A stretch of 11,856 nt of DNA from the NCBI GenBank assembly GCA_046759165.1, contig JBHIBS010000045.1, positions 1 through 11,856 of the forward strand, in the 5' to 3' direction. Positions 1 through 7,375 of the stretch are shown here, piece after piece. Under the pieces are notes generated by a model, which was not told the origin of the DNA, searched no databases, and was given only the letters and a program-made list of their open reading frames with translations. This DNA is from a bacterium (GTDB lineage: Bacteria; UBA6262; WVXT01). Position 1 is the first letter of the stretch. Every line of letters begins with the position of its first letter. The position numbers and the translations under genes were made by a program.

Positions 1-111
1 AGGATGAAGGGATAGTTAAAGGAGCTTCAATTCCGCCAGGTTTCGCCCCAGCGCTGGCGGAATTAGAGCGAGGTTCTAACCGAGCGACTCCGAAAACTAT
101 CCCTTCATCCT
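1..111. repeat. Inverted-repeat-bounded element (17-bp perfect terminal IR enclosing an 11-bp hairpin); MITE-like or structured 3' UTR
   Basis: AGGATGAAGGGATAGTT (1-17) is the exact reverse complement of AACTATCCCTTCATCCT (95-111). AATTCCGCCAG (29-39) pairs with CTGGCGGAATT (54-64); GGAG (21-24) pairs with CTCC (88-91). The IR may continue beyond the window edge. Confidence 0.75.
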
Positions 112-115
112 CTTT

Positions 116-682
116 TCATCTCCCACTCTGGATTTCAATCCGGCTTCCCCATCCATAGACTGTACGTCGCACAATGTGGTCGGCGAGCTCAACGACCAAG
201 CGCTCCTGTGCCTCCTCTTCTGTCTCCACAGTTCTACCTGCTCTAGGAGTTACATAGTACCTTACATCTCCCTCAATTCCTCCAATAAGGTTCCCATTTA
301 CGCTTTCTCTCTTCTCTTCCCAGAGAACCTCTCCTGTTGTTAAATCCCGAAAAGAGAGGTTAACTACCACCCAGAGCTTATACTGTTCAACCACCTCGGT
401 GGCGTCATAAGAGAGGGGTTCTAAAACGTAGGTAACAATCTCCCCTGTTAAGAGAGCATCAGCCTTCTTCCTCTTGGCAATGGATAGATGGCCATCTCTA
501 ATGAACTCTTCTATTACAGCATCGGTCAACTTAGACTCGATGCCGTAGCGAGCTGTTCTGTTGATAAATGTGGGCACAACTATTGTCTTGATATGCTTGG
601 GCAGAATTTCCACAGGCGTATAAGCACAACCAAAGAACAGGAACACCCCCAACCCAATAATAATGAAAATAGACTTTCTCAT
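116..682 (-). CDS. lptE: LptE-family (LPS assembly) lipoprotein, 188 aa
   Basis: Basic N-terminus, hydrophobic stretch and lipobox-like FFGC (Cys19). LptE-like segments 'IKTIVVPTFINRT' and 'ADALLTGEI'. Directly downstream of leuS, as in the conserved leuS-lptE-holA cluster. Strong RBS GGGAGGAGGAG at 696-686. Confidence 0.75.
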   Translation of the reverse strand: MRKSIFIIIGLGVFLFFGCAYTPVEILPKHIKTIVVPTFINRTARYGIESKLTDAVIEEFIRDGHLSIAKRKKADALLTGEIVTYVLEPLSYDATEVVEQYKLWVVVNLSFRDLTTGEVLWEEKRESVNGNLIGGIEGDVRYYVTPRAGRTVETEEEAQERLVVELADHIVRRTVYGWGSRIEIQSGR

Positions 683-703
683 AAGCTCCTCCTCCCTTTT
701 TCT

Positions 704-3166
704 CTATTCTCCTACCACAATATTTACCAGTCGCTTTGGGACATAAATTATCTGTTTGATTTTTTTGTCTTCGATATGCTTTCTAACTCTCTCATCTAAT
801 TGGGCTTTGCTCTTTATCTCTTCCTCTTCTAAATTGACAGGAACTTCTACTTTACTTCTCACCTTGCCATTCACTTCAATAACAATGAGCATCTTCTCTT
901 GCTTGATTGCTTTCCGGTCATATTTTGGCCAAGATTCTTTAATTACGCTTCCCCGATATCCCAGCACTTCCCATAACTCTTCACAAATGTGTGGTGCAAA
1001 AGGAGATAGTAAAAGTATTAATTTTTCTACACTCTCCCGTAATTCGGAGCTGTTGCCTTTCTTCCTTAAGTAATCATATATTCCATTTAAGAGCTCCATA
1101 GTAGCGGCAATGGCAGTATTAAAGTGGAAGCTCTCTATATCTTCAGTAAGTTTCTTAATAGCTGAGTGGGTAATTCTCTTCAGCTCCTTCTCTTCTAGGT
1201 TGGAAGTTTCAATAAGAGTTTCACTACGTTTACTTTCTATTTCTCTTACCAGATTCCAAACTCTGTTCAAGAACCTATAGCAGCCTTGAACCCCATCATC
1301 ACTCCATTCTAAATCTTTCTCAGGAGGTGAGGCAAATAGAATAAATAACCTCGCTGTATCGGCACCATATTTCTGAGTGATCTCATCCACACTAACTACA
1401 TTCCCTCTCGACTTTGACATCTTCGCTCCATCTTTAACTACCATTCCCTGACATAAGAGCCTTCTAAAAGGCTCGTCGATCTCGTACAAGCCTATATCCC
1501 TCAAGGCCTTGGTAAAGAACCGGGCATATAGAAGATGCATAATCGCGTGTTCAATCCCTCCTATATATTGATTAACCGGCATCCAGTACTTAACTTTTCT
1601 CTTATCAAAAGGTAACTTTTTGAAGTGTGGGCTACAATAACGGGCAAAATACCAGGAGGAATCAACGAATGTATCCATAGTATCGGTCTCTCTTCTTGCC
1701 GGACCACCACATTCTGGACATTTACAGTTTACGAATTCACTACATCTAGCAAGGGGATTGCCCCTTCCCGTAAACTCAACTCTCACAGGCAACTCTACCG
1801 GTAAATTCTCTTCCGGCACAGGCACAATTTTGCACTTATCACAGTAAATTATGGGGATAGGTGTACCCCAATATCTCTGTCTGGAAATCAACCAATCGCG
1901 CAGTCTGTACTGAACCATCTTTCTTCCCCAGCCTTTCTGGACTAAATATTGTGTAATCTTTCCCCTTGCCTCCTGGGAGGAGAGACCATCAAACTGGGCT
2001 GAATTGGCTATAATTCCTTCACCTTCGTAAGCCTGTTGCAGATCTTCCCCTCTACAGGATTCCTCCTGAGAAGGGATAATTACTTGTTCTATGGGAATAT
2101 GGTACTTTTTGGCAAACTCGAAATCTCTCTGGTCATGAGCCGGCACCGCCATTATTGCTCCTGTCCCGTACTCCATCAACACAAAATTAGCTACATAGAT
2201 TGGAATTTCATCTCCATTCAAAGGATTTATCGCGTACTTGCCAATAAACATCCCTTCTTTCTCTCTGTCCTCTCGTGTGCGAGTGAACCTATCTTCAATT
2301 ACTACCCTGTTGATAAATTCTCTTACTCTCCTTTCATATTCTGTCCCAGCAATAAGTTCTAAGAGTCTTGGATGTTCGGGGGCAAAAGTCATAAACGTGG
2401 CACCATAGAGGGTATCCGGCCGCGTGGTAAATACTGGAATCAGGCTATCGGAATCTTTCAAGCCGAAATTGACCAGTGTTCCATAACTTCGGCCGATCCA
2501 GTTCTCCTGCATAAGTCTAACCCTCTCTGGCCAGTATCTTAGCTTTTTCAAATCTTCGAGAAGTTCCTCAGCATACTCGGTGATCTTAAAGAACCACTGC
2601 TCCAGACTTCTAATCTCTACAGAAGCCTCACACCTCCAACATTTTCCATTTATAACCTGCTCATTGGCCAGTACTGTCTCGCACTGGGGACACCAGTTGA
2701 TAGGGGCCTTCTTCCTGTAGGCAAGACCCTTGTTGTAAAACTTGAGGAAAATCCACTGGTTCCAGCGATAATATTCTGGATCAGCGGTAATTAGCAACCT
2801 TCCCCAATCGTAGCTCAATCCCATTTTCTTTTGCTGCTCTTTCATCATTTCAATACATCTATTCGTCCAAGAGGAAGGGTGAATCTTTTTCTCTATTGCT
2901 GCATTCTCTGCTGGCAATCCCAGCGCATCGTAACCCATAGGATAAAGGACGTTGAAGCCCCTCATCCTCAGGAAGCGAGCTACCGTGTCACCAATTGTAT
3001 AATTACGCATGTGTCCCATATGGAGTTCTCCGGAAGGGTAAGGGAACATCTCCAGAAGATAGAATTTTTTCCTTCCAGATTCTTCGGAGATTTTGAAAGC
3101 CCCTTCCTCTTCCCACTTCTTCTGCCACTTCTTTTCAATCTTCTTGAAATTGTAAATTTTTTCCAT
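704..3166 (-). CDS. leuS: Leucine--tRNA ligase, 820 aa
   Basis: MFPYPSG-LHMGH (HIGH) and KMSKS motifs. CP1 editing motifs TTRPDT and GTGAIMAVPAHDQRD. DWLISRQRYWGTPIP, CxxC zinc pairs, C-terminal VNGKVR...LVNIV. Confidence 0.99.
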   Translation of the reverse strand: MEKIYNFKKIEKKWQKKWEEEGAFKISEESGRKKFYLLEMFPYPSGELHMGHMRNYTIGDTVARFLRMRGFNVLYPMGYDALGLPAENAAIEKKIHPSSWTNRCIEMMKEQQKKMGLSYDWGRLLITADPEYYRWNQWIFLKFYNKGLAYRKKAPINWCPQCETVLANEQVINGKCWRCEASVEIRSLEQWFFKITEYAEELLEDLKKLRYWPERVRLMQENWIGRSYGTLVNFGLKDSDSLIPVFTTRPDTLYGATFMTFAPEHPRLLELIAGTEYERRVREFINRVVIEDRFTRTREDREKEGMFIGKYAINPLNGDEIPIYVANFVLMEYGTGAIMAVPAHDQRDFEFAKKYHIPIEQVIIPSQEESCRGEDLQQAYEGEGIIANSAQFDGLSSQEARGKITQYLVQKGWGRKMVQYRLRDWLISRQRYWGTPIPIIYCDKCKIVPVPEENLPVELPVRVEFTGRGNPLARCSEFVNCKCPECGGPARRETDTMDTFVDSSWYFARYCSPHFKKLPFDKRKVKYWMPVNQYIGGIEHAIMHLLYARFFTKALRDIGLYEIDEPFRRLLCQGMVVKDGAKMSKSRGNVVSVDEITQKYGADTARLFILFASPPEKDLEWSDDGVQGCYRFLNRVWNLVREIESKRSETLIETSNLEEKELKRITHSAIKKLTEDIESFHFNTAIAATMELLNGIYDYLRKKGNSSELRESVEKLILLLSPFAPHICEELWEVLGYRGSVIKESWPKYDRKAIKQEKMLIVIEVNGKVRSKVEVPVNLEEEEIKSKAQLDERVRKHIEDKKIKQIIYVPKRLVNIVVGE

Positions 3167-3212
3167 CTTTAACTTGGACCCTCAATAAACTTACTTTTCG
3201 TCTTTCTCTCGT

Positions 3213-3959
3213 CTATCCCCTTTTCTTCAAATAGATAAAGTACTCGATATTTCCAGCAGGACCTTTAATAGGCGAAGTAATTAATCCTTTTACCTCCAAT
3301 CCCAAATCTCGAGCTAAAAGCTTTATCTTATCGATAACTTCACGGTGAACTTTCCTGTCTTTAACCACACCACCTCTTCGCACTTCTTCTCTCCCAGCCT
3401 CGAACTGGGGCTTAATTAAGGAAACTATCTCGCCCCTTTCTCCAATTAACTCCTTAAGTTTTGGTAAAACTTTATCTAGCGAGATAAAAGAGACATCGAT
3501 GGTGCCTAAATCAATGGGACTTTTAATCTCTTTTCCGTTGAAGTATCTTATGTTCGTTTTCTCAATGTTGACCACTCTTGAATCGTTCCGTAATTTCCAA
3601 TCAAGGTGTCCATAACCCACATCCAGGGCGTAAACTTTCTGGGCTCCATTCTTGAGAAGGCAATCCGTAAACCCTCCCTTTGATGCGCCAACATCAAGGC
3701 AGACCTTCCCTTGAACGCTCAACCCAAACTGTTTTATCGCCGCTTCCAGCTTCAGTCCTCCCCGAGAAACATATCTTCGCAAGGGAGATTCCTTTACTTC
3801 TACCTCCACATCGATAGGGAACTCAGCACCCACCTTGGTAACTTTCTGACCGCCCACCCATACAGATCCAGCCATTATCAACCCCTTTACTCTCTGGCGG
3901 CTCGACGCCAGCTCCCTTTCCATCAGGAGCTTATCTAATCTCTCTTTTCTCTTTTTCAT
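3213..3959 (-). CDS. tlyA: TlyA-family rRNA (cytidine-2'-O)-methyltransferase, ~248 aa
   Basis: N-terminal S4 domain (KERLDKLL), YVSRGGLKL, SAM-binding LDVGASKGGFTD, DVSFISL, LIKPQFE, SPIKGPAGNIEY. Start moved from 4013 (ORF track) to the ATG at 3959 because the family begins at the K/ERLD motif. Confidence 0.95.
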   Translation of the reverse strand: MKKRKERLDKLLMERELASSRQRVKGLIMAGSVWVGGQKVTKVGAEFPIDVEVEVKESPLRRYVSRGGLKLEAAIKQFGLSVQGKVCLDVGASKGGFTDCLLKNGAQKVYALDVGYGHLDWKLRNDSRVVNIEKTNIRYFNGKEIKSPIDLGTIDVSFISLDKVLPKLKELIGERGEIVSLIKPQFEAGREEVRRGGVVKDRKVHREVIDKIKLLARDLGLEVKGLITSPIKGPAGNIEYFIYLKKRG

Positions 3960-4001
3960 TTCCACAAATCTACTTAAATATGAGATTTCGATGAAGGGAA
4001 A

Positions 4002-4060
4002 GCAGAGCCTCACTCTGCCGCTACATCCATTTACGGGTTCGATAATTCAAGCCCCTACAT
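4002..4060 (-). repeat. Two tandem GTAG-headed REP-like palindromes
   Basis: Minus strand reads ATGTAG-GGGCTTGA-ATTA-TCGAACCC (4060-4035), then ATGTAG-CG-GCAGAG-TGAGG-CTCTGC (4026-4002). Confidence 0.55.
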
Positions 4061-5905
4061 TCTTTTTACGAACTCGCGGACGGTGTCGGTTATTCTCTCA
4101 GCGGTTAGTCCATATTTCTCTCTCAACTCCTCGCTACTCCCATGTTCGACAAATTGGTCAGGAACTCCAATGCCTAAAATACACACATCATCGGTCGCCA
4201 GTAACTCCTTGATACCGGAGCCGAAACCTCCCGAAAGGGTATTCTCCTCCACAGTAACAATCTTATGAACTTTCTTGATTATTTTCTTTATTAGACCTTC
4301 ATCCAAAGGCTTAACGAACCTCATGTTAACCAGCTTTACCTCTATGCCTTCTTTCTCCAGTGTCTGCTGAGCCAGGAGACAAGGGTGGACAGTATTTCCT
4401 ATCGCTAAGATGGCTACATCATCCCCTTCTGCAAGGACCTCTGCCTTTCCTAGGGGAAGGATCTTGTATTGCCTATCCAATTTAATCCCAATGCCCCGGC
4501 CTCGAGGATAGCGAATGGCACAGGGAAAATTTGAAGAGAGGGCAGTATTGAGCATCTGGACTAATTCATTCTCATCCTTGGGAGCCATTACCACCATATT
4601 GGGAATTAATCTAAGATACGAAAGGTCGAATGTTCCCTGATGGGTTGGTCCATCTTCACCTACTATACCAGCTCTATCTATTGCAAAGACCACCGGAAGG
4701 CTCTGAAGGCAAACATCATCAATTATCTGGTCAAATGCCCTCTGAAGAAATGTCGAATAGATAGCACAAACAGGCCTATAGCCGGCCCTAGCCAACCCCG
4801 CCGCAAAAGTAACCGCATGTTGTTCAGCAATTCCCACATCGAAATATCTTTTGGGAAACTCCTTCTGAAATGCGTCCAGCCCTGTACCTTGAGGCATTGC
4901 AGCAGTAATGGCAATAATCTTTTCATTCGATTTGGCCAAATCTATAAGAGCCCGGCTAAAGACTTCTGTGTATGAAGGAATTTTACTTTTTTCTGTCTCT
5001 CCAGTCAAAATATTAAAGGGCGATGTTCCGTGAAACTTTATAGGTTCTCGCTCCGCCAGCGCATACCCTTTACCCTTCTTAGTAACTACATGAATCAGAA
5101 CCGGGCCTTTCAGGTCTTTCACTTTCCCAAAGATTTCAATTAAATAGTGAACATTATGTCCATTAATAGGCCCCAGATAAGAGAACCCCATTTCCTCAAA
5201 AAGCATCCCTGGAAAGAGAAGAACTTTAAATCTCCGGACTACTCTGAGAACTGCAATGCCCCAGAAGGAGATTCTGGTCAAAAACTTTTTTACTCTCCTC
5301 TCCAATTTCTTAACTAAGCCTAAAGTCATCAATTTTGTCAGATATCCTGCCAGAGCTCCGACCCTATGGGAAATGAACATCTCATTATCGTTTAGAATTA
5401 CCAGAAGGTCTTTACCAAGGTGTCCGGCATTATTGAGAGCTTCAAAAGCCATTCCTCCGGTCATCGAACCATCACCTATCACTGCCACCACCTTATGGTT
5501 GTTGCCAGATAAATCGCGGGCACAGGCCATTCCCAAAGCAGCTGAGATTGCAGTGGAACTGTGTCCCACGCCAAAAGCATCATATTCACTCTCTTCGGGA
5601 CTAGGAAAACCACTTATTCCTCCATGCTGGCGGAGAGTAGAAAAATTGTCTCTCCTGCCTGTTAAAATCTTATGGGCATAGGCCTGATGACCAACATCCC
5701 AGATAATCTTATCCTGTGGGGAGTTAAAAACGTAGTGCAAGGCTATGGTCAATTCAACCGTCCCCAAACTGCTGGCAAGATGACCCCCCTTCCGGGATGT
5801 CACAGTAATTATTTTTTTCCTGATCTCCTCTGCAAGTTGGGGAAGTAACTCTTTCCTCATTAACCTGAGGTCGCTTGGTCGGTCAATTAATTCCAGTACT
5901 GCCAT
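4055..5905 (-). CDS. dxs: 1-deoxy-D-xylulose-5-phosphate synthase, ~616 aa
   Basis: GGHLASSLG, WDVGHQAY, TPP-binding GDGSMTGGMAFEALNN...NDN, DVGIAEQHAV, DRAG, DGPTHQG. Probable start is the ATG at 5905 (MAVLELID) with GGAGG at 5921-5917. Confidence 0.98.
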   Translation of the reverse strand: MAVLELIDRPSDLRLMRKELLPQLAEEIRKKIITVTSRKGGHLASSLGTVELTIALHYVFNSPQDKIIWDVGHQAYAHKILTGRRDNFSTLRQHGGISGFPSPEESEYDAFGVGHSSTAISAALGMACARDLSGNNHKVVAVIGDGSMTGGMAFEALNNAGHLGKDLLVILNDNEMFISHRVGALAGYLTKLMTLGLVKKLERRVKKFLTRISFWGIAVLRVVRRFKVLLFPGMLFEEMGFSYLGPINGHNVHYLIEIFGKVKDLKGPVLIHVVTKKGKGYALAEREPIKFHGTSPFNILTGETEKSKIPSYTEVFSRALIDLAKSNEKIIAITAAMPQGTGLDAFQKEFPKRYFDVGIAEQHAVTFAAGLARAGYRPVCAIYSTFLQRAFDQIIDDVCLQSLPVVFAIDRAGIVGEDGPTHQGTFDLSYLRLIPNMVVMAPKDENELVQMLNTALSSNFPCAIRYPRGRGIGIKLDRQYKILPLGKAEVLAEGDDVAILAIGNTVHPCLLAQQTLEKEGIEVKLVNMRFVKPLDEGLIKKIIKKVHKIVTVEENTLSGGFGSGIKELLATDDVCILGIGVPDQFVEHGSSEELREKYGLTAERITDTVREFVKRM

Positions 5906-5927
5906 ATCTTCTGCTTCCTCCGTAATT

Positions 5928-7199
5928 CTAAGAGCCCCCACTCAGGTAAGGAATGGTCATGGGTCCCTCTGGGAGAACCGCTATCCTGGCACTAGGCCCA
6001 AGATCTTTCTTTATCCTTGCCACTGTGCTTTCTATATCCTTAATAGGCTCAAGGTGGCAAGCTACCACTTCTCTTTCCGGAAGCTCTGAATAGAGATAGC
6101 CTCTTGCCTTAGTCTGAATCTTAGCCTGTATCTGGGCTTCCCACTGGTCAAACATGGAAAAACCCGGGGACTCGATTATCTTCAGTACCTCCTCTGGATT
6201 TTTACCCATCCGAAGAATGCGGCGGTAGTTGCCGTGTTCAGGAATCCCATCCGAGCACTCGGATACGCAGATAATGGCTCCGCCTTTCTTGACGATCTGA
6301 CTTGCCGCCGACATTCCCTTTACTGTCTGGTATAAATTTAAGTCGAGTGGATAACCACTATTGGTGGTAATAACTAAGTCGAATAAATGGGGGACAGGAC
6401 GCATCGCACCCTTCCGCACGAATTCCACGCCCTTCCGGTGTGCCAAATTCATCTCTCCCGAGAAGACACCAGTTATCTTCTTTTCCCTATTCAATGTAAC
6501 GTTTATGATGAGACTAGGTTTGGTCATAAGGGCTACCTCACGAATCTCCTCCCAGACAGGATTTCCATAAGTAATGCCCCAGTTTGCCTTTGGGTTGTTC
6601 AACATATTGCCACTATGATTATGCATTACCGTCTCATCACCAGAGATACCGGGAAGTACTGATTTTGGGCCTCCCGAAAATCCAGCAAAGAAGTGGGGTT
6701 CAATAAATCCAGTCAGTATCTTAACATCGGCTCGAATGTAATCACCATTTATCCATATCTCCCCTCCAGTTCTCGTCTTTCCAAGATAGACCATTTCATC
6801 CCTCTTCTGGGCATCATGGTTAATAATTCTATAATTTCTAACAACTTCCTCACCGAGCATCTCAGTAAGTTCTTCCATTGTATTGGCCCGATGCATTCCA
6901 GTAGCATTGATCAAAACCACTCTATCTTTGCTGACACCGCCTAGCTCCTCCAAAAGCCAGGGAATAATCTTTCTATTGGGCACAGGCCGGGTTATATCGG
7001 AGAAGACAATAGCTATAGAATCTTTGGATTTAATCAGCTCCTTAAGTGGTGGACTCCCTACGGGGTGTTTCAAGGAATCAATAAAAGCTTTTCTCTCATC
7101 CGAAAGCCCTGGCACGAATTTCGGTTCAATAATCGTAAGACCATCTTCTGGTAGAGTAATTTCTAAACCTTTTTTTCCATACGCTAGCTTTATATTCAC
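5928..7199 (-). CDS. larA: LarA-family nickel-pincer-nucleotide-dependent lactate racemase / 2-hydroxyacid racemase-epimerase, ~423 aa
   Basis: Family motifs LAYGK, SDITRPVP, ATGMHR, HFFAGFSGGPKS, HNH and GYPLDLNLYQTVKG. Probable start is the GTG at 7199 with GGGAG at 7210-7206; the ORF track uses TTG at 7217. Substrate cannot be determined from sequence. Confidence 0.88.
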   Translation of the reverse strand: MNIKLAYGKKGLEITLPEDGLTIIEPKFVPGLSDERKAFIDSLKHPVGSPPLKELIKSKDSIAIVFSDITRPVPNRKIIPWLLEELGGVSKDRVVLINATGMHRANTMEELTEMLGEEVVRNYRIINHDAQKRDEMVYLGKTRTGGEIWINGDYIRADVKILTGFIEPHFFAGFSGGPKSVLPGISGDETVMHNHSGNMLNNPKANWGITYGNPVWEEIREVALMTKPSLIINVTLNREKKITGVFSGEMNLAHRKGVEFVRKGAMRPVPHLFDLVITTNSGYPLDLNLYQTVKGMSAASQIVKKGGAIICVSECSDGIPEHGNYRRILRMGKNPEEVLKIIESPGFSMFDQWEAQIQAKIQTKARGYLYSELPEREVVACHLEPIKDIESTVARIKKDLGPSARIAVLPEGPMTIPYLSGGS

Positions 7200-7236
7200 T
7201 TTTCTCTCCCGCACCAAGACAGTTTCTTACCTTTCT

Positions 7237-7298
7237 ATAGGAGCAAAGTATAAGTTTTGCTTCCACTTCAGCAGAGCTTCGTTCTGTAGCCGCAACAT
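7237..7298. repeat. Two degenerate REP-like palindromes upstream of larA
   Basis: 7237-7266 ATAGGAGCAAAG-TATAAG-TTTTGCTTCCAC is an imperfect palindrome resembling GTAG...CTAC. The minus strand of 7298-7270 matches the 4026-4001 unit at 22/26 positions with a 3-nt gap. Confidence 0.45.
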
Positions 7299-7375
7299 TG
7301 AAAAGATAGTTTGTGAAGATCTTTTCCAATATTAACCAAAAAACCAGGAGGACATATTCCCTTCGGACATACTTC

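Noticed and set aside
3960-4013. 18-aa N-terminal extension of TlyA from the ORF track
   Set aside because: It runs through the REP-like palindrome region, and the family starts at MKKRKERLD (3959).
5906-5941. larA/dxs overlap implied by the ORF-track dxs start at 5941
   Set aside because: The ATG at 5905 has an upstream GGAGG and matches the usual Dxs N-terminus, so no overlap is needed.
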